From: Mobula hypostoma
Taxonomy: Eukaryota
Assembly (NCBI RefSeq): GCF_963921235.1
Contig: NC_086097.1
Location: forward strand, 181,228,001-181,292,000
Direction of reading: 5' to 3'
DNA: 64,000 nt
The position numbers and the translations under genes are program-made. This document shows, one piece after another, positions 37,785 to 49,169 of the stretch. Every line of letters starts with the position of its first letter. Positions within the stretch are counted from its first letter, which is position 1. The notes under the pieces were generated by a model. The model did not search any database and was not told where the DNA came from. It was given only the letters and a program-made list of their open reading frames with translations.

Positions 37785-38554
37785 CACGGTCCCCAACCAC
37801 CGGGCCGCAAAGCATGTGCTACTGGGCCGTGAGGAAACGATATGAGTCAGCTGCACCTTTCCTCATTCCCTGTCACGCACCGTTGAATTTGAACATAGGG
37901 TTGCCAGCTGTCAGGACATCCCGTATATTGGGCTAAATTGCTTTGTCTCATACAGGACCGTCCTTGTCCCGTATTTCCCCTGCTAAGGTAGAGCGCTCCT
38001 ATGAAACCTTTCATGTCGAAATGGCGTAAAGCAAAGAAGCAATTACCACTAATTTATAGGGGAAAAATTTTTGAGCGCTCCCAGACCCAAAAAATAACCT
38101 ACCAAATCATACCAAATAACATAAAATCTAAAATAACACTAACATATAGTACAAGCAGGAATGATATGATAAATACACAGCCTATATAAAGTAGAAATAA
38201 TGTATGCACAGTGTAGTCAGGAAGATTAAGCCAAAACCGATTTGTGGGGAAAAAAATCGGTACGTACGCGCATGTGCATATCACATATGCACATGCGCAC
38301 AGAGGTGCCTGCGCAAGGCTTCATGGTCATGGTAGTCTTTCTCAGGGTAAACCCAAGTGTCCCATATTTGACTGCTACTTTTGTCCCTTATTTGGGAGTG
38401 AGAAAGTTGGCAACCCTAACTGTAAAAGACATGTTGAGGTGAGTTTAACCCTACCTGAACACCCCCTCCCCCCCCCCCCCCGGTTGGCTGGTCCGCACAA
38501 GAATATTGTCAATATTAAACTGGTCTGCAGTGCAAGAAAGGTTGGGGGCCCCTG
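37785..38554. mobile_element. Non-autonomous hAT (Charlie-like) element containing a second hAT-type MITE
   Basis: 8-bp TSD gtctaacc (37777-37784, 38555-38562); ends cacggtccccaacc and ggttgggggcccctg; inner TIR pair tagggttgcca (37896) and tggcaacccta (38418). Confidence 0.85.
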
Positions 38555-38635
38555 GTCTAACCAATCTTATAAAGCTTTTTGAGGAAGCTATCAGGAAAGT
38601 GGATGAAGTCAAGGTTGTGGATGTTGTCTGCATGG

Positions 38636-39115
38636 AGTGTTCAGAGGAAGTTCACAAGGATGATTCTCGGAATGAAAGAGTTATCATATGAGGGACGTTT
38701 GATGGCCCTGGGTCTGTACTCACTGGAATTTAGAAGGATGAAAGGGGATCTCATTGAAACCTTTCGAATGTTAAAAGGCCGAGACAGAGTGGATGTGGAA
38801 AGGATGTTTCCCATGGTGGGGGAGTCTAGGACAAGAGGCACAGCCTCAGGATAGAGGGCTGTCCATTTAAAACAGAGACACATAGAAATTTCTTTAGCCA
38901 GAGGGTGCTGAAGTTGTGGAATTTGTTACCGCAGGCAGCTGTGGAGGCCAGGTCATTGGGTGTATTTAAGGCAGAGCTTGATTGGTTCTTGACTGGACAT
39001 GGCATCAAAGGTTACGGGGAGAAGGCTGAGGAGGAGAAAAAAAGGTCAGCCATGATTGAATGGCAGAGCAGACTCAATGGGCCAAATAGCCTAATTCTGC
39101 TTCTATGTCCTATGG
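38636..39115 (+). mobile_element. CR1 3' fragment
   Basis: VQRKFTRMILGMKELSYEGRL...KGDLIETFRML. Confidence 0.8.
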
Positions 39116-40099
39116 TTAATTTACTTCAAACCCGTTCTCCCATCTTCTCCCTGTAACTGTTAACTCCTTTCCCAATCAAGAACCTATCAATTTTGACTTT
39201 AAATACTCCCACAGACATGGCATTTACAGTTCTCTACGGCCATGAGTTCTACAGATTTATGACCCTCTGGGGCCAGAGAGAAGGGATGGCTGAAATCGAG
39301 GCGGTGGTGCTATCTCATGATAAGCAGCATTGCGGTGAAACAAAACATACATCTACAAAAAGAATCAAGTCCCCACCTGGCGCCATGAGGGAGAGAAATG
39401 TTGGCACTGTAGGGTATTCCTGCCAGATGGAGATGGCCCTGGTGGGGCAAAGGATGAAGACAGACCTAGAAACAGGATCCTAGAATGGGACGTAACCGCC
39501 CCACCCCATGGACATGCCAGAGATGGAGAGTGACAGGAAGAGAATGGGGGGAGGGTAGAGCGAGAGAGCAGGAGTCAGGGAGAATGTACATGGAAAAAGG
39601 GAGAGAGTGAGAGAGGGTGAGTAAGGGATAGGGAAGGGGCAGGGAAAGAGGAGGAGAAAACATATAACATAGAACAAAGTTTAGCACAGCAACGATGAAC
39701 TAATTAAATTAATCACGTCGGCCTTCACAATGTTCACATCCCGCTATTCTCTGCACATTGAAGTGCTTAAAAGTCCCTAAGCCTATCACCACAAACATAT
39801 CAACATACTCACAGCCCTGGTTCCAATCTTCAGCAGCACCCTCCCCCCTCCATGCTCTACAATACTTGGGAGCCTTATTCTCTCAATAAAAATTAAAATA
39901 AAATAAAGCATTGCTCTCAATAAAGGCGAGTGAGGCTGGAGCAGGGAATGAAGGTATGGGCAATATCAAAGTAACAGTGTCTCGTTTCCTCTTGGATGTC
40001 AGCACGTTGAGAGCAGGTATTGTCAGCAATTGCTTCAGTTGGGGTCCTGGTCAGACACACCCAGAATTGGTCTCCATATTTAGAGTATGTTCTTCATTG

Positions 40100-41131
40100 T
40101 GTAATACTCTGGTTCACATGGTTCTTATTTTTTCTCTGTTGTGCTTTTCTGTTCTCTGTGTAAGCTGCTTGCTTGGGTTACCGTTGAAGTTAAGAGTGAG
40201 GAGAAATTAGTGCCATCCAATGGGGATGAAAGGTTTCCGGGGAGGTTTCTCTGGTAATGGACACTAAGGTTGGGCTTGGGGTTTTTGAGGGGGGAGAACA
40301 GAGGAGGAGTCGACCTGGAGTGAGGCTGGGATTTGATGAAGAAGACTGAAGGAGGATCGGTGAAGGGGAAACCGTGAGCTCCAACTTGGGCATGTTAGAC
40401 TCTTTCATTAAAATGGGCCCTTTTCTATTTTTGATTTTTCTTTACGAGGGGTGATTGATAAGTTTGTGGTCTAAGGTAGAAAGAGTCAATTTTAGAAAAC
40501 CTAGCACATTTATTTTTCCTACATTTATACATTTAATCCAGCGGTCGTGGAGCATACGGACCCTTCTTTGTAGAAGTCGGCATCTTGGACCTCCAGAAGT
40601 GGGCCACCACAGGGGTGATTGATAAGTTCGTGGCCTAAAGTAGAAAGCGGTGAGGAGAAACTCAAAGAGTTGAACTGTACGTGCATGTAACGAGAGCTGT
40701 ATTACCCATCCCCTTCTACTTTAGGCCATGAACTTATTAATCACCCCTGCTGTGGACCACTTCTACAAAGAAGGGATCCGTATGCTCCACGACCGCTGGA
40801 CTAAGTGTGTACATGTAGGAGGGGACTATGTTGAAAAATAAATGTGCTAGGTTTTCTAAAATTGACTCCTTCTACCTTAGGCCACGAACCTATCAATTAC
40901 CCCTTGTACTAACCCTTTAGTCAAATTAAGAATTATAACCTAAATCTTTTAATTGTATGCGGTGTATTGTCTGTTATTTTGTGGTACTGATTTGTAACAG
41001 GGTAACGAATCACGCAGCATCCACACAAACAGGGATTTGGGGGGCTTGCACTTCAATCTCCCTTCCACGTTTGGCGGGGCTTGTAGGTGTCTTCCCTAGC
41101 CTTACGCAGCTGATGGACCGAGAGTATTACA
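40100..41131. mobile_element. Solo LTR (Gypsy/ERV-type), split by a mariner MITE
   Basis: TG...CA ends with an 11-bp inverted repeat tgtaatactct/agagtattaca; 4-bp TSD attg at 40096-40099 and 41132-41135. Confidence 0.8.
40445..40906. mobile_element. Palindromic mariner-derived MITE
   Basis: TA TSD (40443-40444, 40907-40908); ~200-bp inverted arms; 40761-40841 encodes FYKEGIRMLHDRWTKCVHVGGDYVEK*, a mariner transposase C-terminus. Confidence 0.9.
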
Positions 41132-41140
41132 ATTGCAAAC

Positions 41141-41400
41141 TCTGCCATGGATGCTTCCTAGCCCAGTTGCAAAAGGAGGAGGGTTGGGCGCAGGGTTAGC
41201 AACCCCATCCTATAAAAGACAAGAGCTGCAGAAAAGCCAACAGAAGCTCCAAAGACTTTATCCCTGGGTGAGGAAGCATACCAAGAAGATGGGCTACATC
41301 TGGCAATAACTTGAAAGACTGGCACAGGACAGAGCACTCTCATGAGCTGTTCTCAGTGATCTATGCCCCAGTAGGGGTGACAGGCTTAAGTAAGTAAGTC
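41141..41400 (+). mobile_element. Short RTE-related non-autonomous retroposon
   Basis: ggagggttgggcgcagggttagcaacccca head and (taag)n tail; flanked by the reconstructed 13-bp TSD cttcattgcaaac. Confidence 0.65.
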
Positions 41401-43147
41401 CTTCATTGCAAACAATTTAGAGGTAGTTCCTAGATTTTTACCTGGAATGGATAAGTGGTTGCATGAGGAGAGATTGGACAGGCTGGGCTTGTATACCTTT
41501 GGAGTTTGGAGAATAAGAGAGGACATTGCTGAAAAAAAAAGATCCTGACTTGTCTCCGAATTTTTCCTCTTGTTGGAGACTGGGGCACATAATTTAAAAA
41601 GAAGGTTTAAGACAGTGGTGGGACAAATCTGCTCTCCAAGAGTTGAAATACCTCAGAGCCCATCCTTGAGAGTGGTGGAAGCAGAATCATTGAATATTCT
41701 TGAAGCAGTTGGGTAGGGTTGTTGATGGGATAAGGGTTATTGGGGGGGAGGTGGAATCAGGATTAGAGACAGGTCTGGGTGGCCAACTTCTGCACCCAGT
41801 TCCTCTATTTGTACGAGTAGTTTCCACTTTGGTTATTCTGGGGGTCACCAGGACAGCTTAAGCCTAGATTGTATCACATCCTGACCCAAATACGCACCAA
41901 AGAGCAGAATCCCAGCGGTGAGGTGAGAGTCACCACTGCAACATCTCAAGGCCCTTCAACATCTACAAGACACAGATCAGGAGTGTGATGGAATACTTCC
42001 CACTTGTTCAGATCAGTGCAGCTGCAAGAACACTCAAGGAGCTTTTGTAGATCCAGAACAAAGCAGGCTACTTGCCTGACACACCATCCATTGGAATGGA
42101 GCAGGAGGAGGTAGTGGAGGTACTTAATGAATACTTTGCTTCAGTATTCACCAGTGAAAAGGAGCTTGGCAATTGTGGGGATGACTTACGGTGGACTGAA
42201 GCACGAGTGTATAGTCATTAAGAAAGAGGATGTGCTGGAGCATTTGAAAGGTTATTAAGTTAGATAAGTCGCTGGGACCAAATGGGATATACCCCAGACT
42301 ACTGTGGGAAGTGAGGAGGAGATTGCTGAGCCTCTGGTTATGATCTTTGCATCATCAATAGGGATGGGAGAGGTTCCAGAGGATTGGAAGGTTGCAATTG
42401 TTATTCCCTTGTTCAAGAAAGGGAGTAGAGATAACCCAGGAAATTATAGACCAGTGAGTCTTTCTTCAGTGGTGGGCAAGTTATTGGAGATCCTGAGAGG
42501 CAGGATTTATGAGCATTTGGAGAGACATAATTTGATTAGGGATAGACAGCATGGCTTTGTCGAGAGCAGGTCATGTCTTACGAACCTGATTGAATTATTT
42601 GAGGATGGAACAAAACACATTGATGAACGTACAGCAGTGGATGTAGTGTATATGGATTTCAGTAAGGCATTTGATAAGGTTCCCCATGCGAAGCTCATTC
42701 AGAAAGTAATGAGGCATGGGACCCAAGGAGACTTTGCTTTATGGATCCAGAACTGGCTTGCCCACAGAAGGCAAAGGGTGGTTGTAGATGGTTCGTATTC
42801 TGCATGGAGGTCGGTGACCAGTGGTGACCAGGGATCTGTTCTGGGACCCCTCCTCTTTGTGATTTTTATAAATGACCCGGATGGATGACGAAGTAGAAGG
42901 GCGGGCTAGTAAGTCTGTTGATGACACAAAAGTTGGGGGTGTTGAGGATAGTGTGGATGATTGTCAGAAGTTACAGTGCAACATCAATAGGATGTAGAAC
43001 TGGGCTGGGAAGTGGCAGACGGATTTCAACACAGGTAAGTGTGAAGAGATAAACACGAGGAAATCTGCAGATGGTGGAATTTCAAGCAACACACATAAAA
43101 ATTGCTGCTGAACGCAGTAGGCCAGGCAGCATCTATAGGAAGAAGTA

Positions 43148-43185
43148 CAGTCGACGTTTCGAGTCGAGACCCTTCGTCAGGACTA
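43148..43185 (-). ncRNA. Minimal type I hammerhead ribozyme motif with canonical core
   Basis: Minus strand reads tagtc-CTGACGA-a-gggt(ctcg)actc-GAAAC-GTC-gactg; the palindromic ACGT stands in place of helix III. Confidence 0.8.
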
Positions 43186-43431
43186 ACTGAAAGAAGAGCC
43201 AGTAAGAGATTTGAAAATGGGAGGGGGAGGGGGAGATCCGAAATGATAGGAGAAAACAGGAGGGGGAGGAATGTAGCCAAGAGCTGGACAGTTGATTGGC
43301 AAAAGGGATATGAGAGGATCATGGGACAGGAGGCCGAGGGAGAAAGAGAGGGGGAGGGGGGAAGCCCAGAGGATGGGCAAGGGGTATAGTGAGAGGGATG
43401 GAGGGAGAAAAAGGAGAGAGAGAGAAAAAGA

Positions 43432-43432
<1 letters not shown>

Positions 43433-43492
<60 letters not shown>

Positions 43493-43540
43493 TATATATA
43501 TATATATAAAACACAAACAAACAAACAAATAAATAAATAA
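43433..43540. repeat. Compound (TG)n(TA)n(CAAA)n(TAAA)n microsatellite inside the PLE 3'UTR
   Basis: Directly visible in the sequence. Confidence 0.95.
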
Positions 43541-44927
43541 CAGATGGGGTACGAGGGGAAGGTGGGGCATTAACGGTAGTTAGAGAAGTCAATGTTCATT
43601 GCATCAGGTTGGAGGCTACCCAGATGGAATATAAGGTGTTGTTCCTCCAACCTGAGTGTGGCTTTATCTTTACAGTAGAGGAGGCTGTGGATAGACATAT
43701 CAGAATGGGAATGGGACGTGGAATTAAAATTTGTGGCCACTGGGAGATCCTGCTTTCTCTGACGGACAGAGTGTAGGTGTTCAGTGAAATGATCTCCCAG
43801 TCTGTGTCAACTGTACTTCTTCCTATAGATGCTGCCTGGCCTGCTGCGTTCACCAGCAATTTTTATGTGTGCTGCTAAGTGTGAAGAGGTTCATTTCAGT
43901 AGGTCACATTTGAATTCATTTCAGTAGGTCATATTTGAAAACAGAATATAATATTAATGGTAAGACTCTTGGCAGTGTGGAGGATCAGTGAGATATTGGG
44001 GGTCCATGTCCATAGGACACTCAAAGCTGCTGCACAGGTTGACAGTGTGGTTAAGAAGGCATTTGGTGTGTAACCTTCATCAACCGTAGGATTGAGTTCA
44101 AGAGCCTGAGGTAATGATACAGCTATATAAGACCTTAGTTAGACCCCACTTGGAGTACTGTGCTCAGTTCTGGTCACCGCATCACAGGAGGGATATGGAA
44201 TCTATAGAGTGAGTGCAGAGGAGATTTATAAGGATGTTGCCTGGTTTGGAGAGTATACCTTATGAGAATAGGTTGAGTGAACTTGGTCTTTTCTCCTTGG
44301 AGCAACGGAGGATGAGAGGTGACCTGATAGAGGTGTGTAAGATGATGAGAGGCATTGATCGTGTGGATAGCTAGAGGCTTTTTCCCAGGGCTGAAATGGC
44401 TATGACGAGGGGGCATAGCCTTAAGGTGCTTGGAAGTAGGTACAAAGGGGATGTCAGAGGTAAGTTTTTCACACAGAGCGTGGTGGGTGCATGGAATGCA
44501 CTGCCAACAAAGATGGTAGAGGCGGATACAATTGGGTCCTTTAAGAGACTCTTAGGTAGGTACATGGAGCTTAGAAAAATAGAGGCTATGTGGTAGGAAA
44601 ATTCTAGGTAGTTTCTAGTCTAGGTTACGTGGCAGGCACAACATTGTGGGCCGAAGGGCCTGTAATGTACTGTAGATTTTTATGTTTCTATAAGCCGGAA
44701 ATGGGAAAGAGAAAAAGTTCATTTTTAGATTGCAGTCAGGGTGGGAGAGGAACAGAGTGGAGCAAGAGAATATCACTGATAGAGTAAAGCCAAATTACCT
44801 TGGCTGTTAACGAAGCAATTAGAAGGTGACAAATAGGGGTGATGTGTTGCAATTACAGATCAGAGTGTCCAGGCAGCTGGATAACCCTCTTAAGAGTTCT
44901 GACAGAAGGCCAAAGATCTTGAGTAAT

Positions 44928-45020
44928 GCATACAAAATGCTAAAGGAACTCAGCAAGTCAGGCAGCATCTATTGAGGGAATAAACTGTCAACGTTTTGGG
45001 CTGAGACCCTTCATCAAGAC
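44928..45020 (-). mobile_element. Older PLE tail with degenerate hammerhead
   Basis: Minus strand gtcttgatgaagggtctcagcccaaaacgttgacag...tagatgctgcctgacttgctgagttcc. Confidence 0.75.
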
Positions 45021-45779
45021 AAAGAACCCTGAAGCCTGAATAATTAACAGGGGAAGATTTGATTACCTGAATACATCTCTGGATACTGCCCCCAGTTACA
45101 ACACTGGCTCAGTAAATCAACTGATAGCATCTTAATCCCAAATGTGGTTTCCTTATCAAAGATGCTGAAGAAATTAAATGTGTTGCATTGGCATGAATGG
45201 AGATACATCCGTTCTGGCATTTAGCCCCAGACCAGATTATCTGACAGTGTTATTGCTCAATTTGCTCAATCAACAGTGTTCAGTCTACATCTTCAATTCC
45301 ATTAATAGTGCAGAGAGAGCGAGAGAGAGAGAGAAAGCGGGAGGGGCAGTACTGAGGGAGTGACCTATTCAACTTTTTGAAATAGAGTCAGTGCAACCTG
45401 ATACATCGCTACATGAGGAAACTGATGTGGTTTCGGTTGATGTCTGACCAAAGCATAACCTCCTAATGAATTGTTTGCTCAGTACAGCACTAATTAGGAA
45501 ACAACCTAGATTTTTATGTATGCATCTCAAATTCAAAGCCTTCTAACCCAGTGTTTACCTACTGAGCAGTGAAAAAATGCAGTCCTGAACATTGTACTTA
45601 TTTCAAATGTCATCTCTGAACTAATTGTTCTTCGTTTCAGAATTTGCTGTTGTTTGTAATAAATTATTGTGAACAAGAATAAAAAAGGGGTGGTACAGAG
45701 AGAGTGTCATATTGTCAGAAGTTGGATTTGAGATGTGGGGTTCGTGTGTGGACAGGACGTTGCCATCCCAACCCCTGAA

Positions 45780-46080
45780 CTCACCGGATGTGGAGAGAGG
45801 CGTCCGGGCGCACTGCGAGAAAGCTTGCAGCTCGCGGGTCCAGGCCCGCGCACGCAGGCAGACAGGCGGTGCCGGGGTCGCGCACGCAGGCACCCGGCCG
45901 AGGATCACGCACGTCAGCAGGCTCGCGCGGTATAGCGGTGAGTTGGAGTTGGAGCGGGAGCGGCTGAAGAGGTGTCGCGACAGGGTGAGTGAAGAAGCAG
46001 CGGCGGCTCCCTCAGATCCGGGTGGAACGGGATCCCGGGGTGGGGCGAGTCGGGGAGGTGGGCAGGAGCCTGCGGACTGG
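45780..46080 (+). promoter_or_regulatory. CpG island / probable promoter and non-coding first exon of an unidentified gene
   Basis: The only dense CpG cluster in non-repeat, non-coding DNA here. Consensus donors GCG|gtgagt (45937/45938) and AGG|gtgagt (45984/45985); palindrome tgtcgcgaca at 45973-45982; strongly G-skewed sequence downstream. Confidence 0.7.
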
Positions 46081-46122
46081 GTGTTTATGTTGGGTGGGGG
46101 ATGGGGTGGGCTTGGGGTTTCC

Positions 46123-46171
46123 GTTGGGTTGGGTTGGGTTGGGTTGGGTTGGGTTGGGTTGGGTTGGGTTG
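46123..46171 (+). repeat. (GGGTT)n pentanucleotide array within a G-rich tract
   Basis: About nine perfect GGGTT units; degenerate G-runs continue to ~46500. Confidence 0.95.
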
Positions 46172-46641
46172 ATTGGGTGTAGGGTTGGAGATGGATTTAC
46201 GTTCGAGTTCTGTTTGGGTTACATTGGGCGCAGGTTGGGTTTTGTTGGATTAGGTGATGGGTTGGGATGGGGATTTGTGTGGAGTCTGGTTTGGGGTATG
46301 GATTGGATGGGGTTGGGACTGGCTGGGTTTTGTGCATCAGGTGGAGACTTGGTATCAGCTGAGGTTGATCGGGGGAGGTCGAACGAGGTTCTGGTTCATT
46401 GGGGTTGGGCGATGACGGGCCGGATGTAATTTGGGTGAGGTGTGTTGGTTGGGTTGTGTGGCATTTGGGGTTGGGTTGTGTGGCATTTGGGGTTGGGCAA
46501 GGTCAGAATCATAATATTGTTATGCGGCAGCAGTACATTGCAATAGAACAATTACAAATTACGAAATGAAATATATTTAAAATAATAAATTAAATAACTA
46601 GTGCAAAAAGAGAACAAAGAAAAATAGCGAGGTAGTGTATG

Positions 46642-47217
46642 GTACTGTGCAAAAGTCTTAGGCACGTACATAGAGCTAGCAACACCCAGAAAATGCTGGA
46701 GGAACTCGGCAGCTCAGGCAGCGTCTATGGTAATGAATAAACAATTGACGTTTTGAACCAGGACCCCCCAGGACTGCAAAAGAAAGCTGGAGATGTGAGA
46801 ATAGAAAGGTTGGTGGGGGGTAGAGGAAGGGGAAGAAAGGTAGCTAGAAAGTGATAGGTGAAGCCAGGTGGGTAGGAAAGGTAAAGGGCTGAGGGAAGGA
46901 ATCTGACAAAGAGAGGAGAGTGGACCATAGCAGAAAAGGAAGGTGGAGGGGACCCAGTGGGAGATGATAGGCAGGTGAGAAGAGGAAAACCCAGAATGGA
47001 GAGTAGAAGAGGAGGAGCGGGCAAATATGTTTTGGTGGAAGGAGTAATCAATATTCATGCCATCAGATTGGAGGCTACCCAGATGGAATATAGGGTGTTG
47101 CATGTATGTGTGTGTACATATAAGCAACACCTTGTATTCCATCTGGGTAGCCTCCAATCTGATGGCGAGAATATTGATTATATAATAGCTAGTTTGCCTA
47201 AGACTTTTGCACTGTAC
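46642..47217. mobile_element. Tc1/mariner-type MITE interrupted by a PLE 3' fragment (-, ~46680-47180)
   Basis: 23-bp TIRs gtactgtgcaaaagtcttaggca (46642-46664) and tgcctaagacttttgcactgtac (47195-47217), one mismatch. The interior is PLE tail/UTR with an inverted duplication. Confidence 0.8.
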
Positions 47218-49169
47218 TCTATTTGCTGATGTGAAGCGGAGAGTGAGTTTATAAAATCTGGCAGGAGCAAACGATGTCGGGAATTGCAAGGGTGGAGTGC
47301 CAAGGGAGGGGTGTGAGTCAGGTAGAGGAGTGCTGTGGGTGGTGATGGTGCAGACACACTAAGCCCTGAGACACCAGGGAAAGTCATTTGATTCTAAACA
47401 ATTGGTTTATTGATCATTACGGCTTCCATTGGGTCCTGGACAACGAACCTGTGCCTCACACCCTACTACCCTTGCCCCCCCCCCTGCACTTGGTATTTCT
47501 GTTCAGGGTTTGGGGGGGATAAAATGGGGTCGGGCATGCAGTGGTGGACTGTTTCTGTGAAGTTCTCTGTATCAATCTCTTGCCAGTTCTCTGATAGAAG
47601 AAAATGGAAAATGAACGGGGTAGGCTGCATTTGTGCAAATAGAAATTGAGTTAATATTCAGATTCCGAGTGTTTCCAGCATTTTCTGTTTTAGATTTTCA
47701 GCAGTCCTTTTTGATAACCTTGATGCCAGCCTGAGCTGTACCTGAAATGCTGAATGTGGGTCTTCTGCTCCTGTGCCATCTCCCTGACGAATAAATTTAA
47801 TGTAAATGAGTGTAAAGTAAAATGAGTTAATGTAAGCAGTCATGCAATGTGTATCAGTAAAATAAAGAAATAAAATGCATGAACCTGGGCTGGTGAACAG
47901 TGAGCTGCAAAGTGAAGAACTGCAAAAGGATGTAGGCTGACAGATTGAGTAGACGTCGCAGATGAGGTGTAAATATGGACAGGAGTGAAGTGTACATTTT
48001 TTCAGAAAGAACAAGGAGAGACTATGAAGTCAAGGACAAGAGACTTGCATATACCTGTCAATAGGCTTTGTAAATGGCTAGTTGAGGTGAGAATAGACTT
48101 GCTGAAGGACATGAAATTCTGTGCTTCACAGACAAGAACATTAAAGCCTTTTCCAGGGCCACAGTTGGAGGTTGTGTCCATTTCTTGTCACCATCAGGGA
48201 GGATGTGGGTTAGATTTATTAGAATGGGTTCAGTGATGAAGTTAGGTAGGTGATATCTGTCCTTGGAGCCAGAAAAGCCAAGAGTTGCTGGATAACATCC
48301 TAACAGTCTAGACAGGATAAGCAGAAGCTGTTCCACCAAGCTGTTTCAAGGAGCAGGTGATTAGTTTCAAATTAATGGGCAAAGTATCTTGTGGAATATG
48401 AGGGCAAGCTTCTATAGGGAGCAAGTGGGTATTACCTGAGGTAACATGCCTGAGCAGGTGGTGGAAGCAGCCAGTCAGGAATGACAAAATAGGATTGCAT
48501 GGGCAGCTGAGAAGGGAACTGGGAGATTTGAACAGTAGTTGATGTGGACCCAATGAACTAAATGACTTCCAGGGCAGTGGTAATCCAATGATCACATGTT
48601 CTAATGGCAGGGGTGTGTTAATCCAGGGCATTGATTGAGAGGTGGAAAAAAATTCATGACCCAGAGCAGATTGAGTCCAGTTATAACTCTCTGCGTTCTC
48701 CCACACAGCCCCACCCTCGATGTTCCTTTTCAAATTGCTGAGCTTGCTTGGACATGAACTAAGTACATACAGGCAGAGGCCAAACCTGCTGCACTTGGTT
48801 TACCCGTGGGAATCTAGTTAAGTAATGAATAGAGGAGGTTTACACACTTGGTGGTGTCTAGGCCATCCGGTTAATTGCCATGATACTCAGAAAAGTGTGC
48901 TGAGATCTTTAGGAATTTTGCAAAAGGAGACAACCTCATTTGGCCAGGATTTAAACTGTGTTGAACTATACTGAACAAGCTCAGTGTTGTTATGTTACCT
49001 GAGAACAGAAAGCGTGGTGTGGAATTGCATCATTGTTCTGCAGTGGAATTGCTTGTATTTGCCAGTGACGCTGTTGAATTGTTTTATCCAGCATGTTGAG
49101 TAGGTGTTTGCTTCCACTGTAGTGCCGTGTTTGGAGAGAGTTTCAGACTTTGTCTGTTAAACTTCAGCA

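Larger units (their letters stand above)
43049..43875 (-). mobile_element. 5'-truncated PLE (GIY-YIG C-terminus + 3'UTR + tail) with an inverted tail copy at the 5' junction
   Basis: Reverse-complement match to ~3420-4045. TSD taagtgtgaagag at 43036-43048 and 43876-43888. Inverted tail at ~43807-43875. Confidence 0.92.
42095..44690 (+). mobile_element. CR1 ORF2 + 3' end, interrupted by the PLE at 43049-43875
   Basis: GNYRPVSLSSVVGKLLE, DVVYMDFSKAFDKVPH, QGSVLGPLLF; terminus gggccgaagggcctgtaatgtactgtagatttttatgtttcta. Confidence 0.88.

Noticed and set aside
46123..46171. Interstitial telomere
   Set aside because: The unit is GGGTT, not the vertebrate TTAGGG.
45712..46429. 156-aa and 146-aa ORFs over the CpG island
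   Set aside because: Explained by high GC content and the GGGTT repeat (GWVGL runs); no homology recognised.
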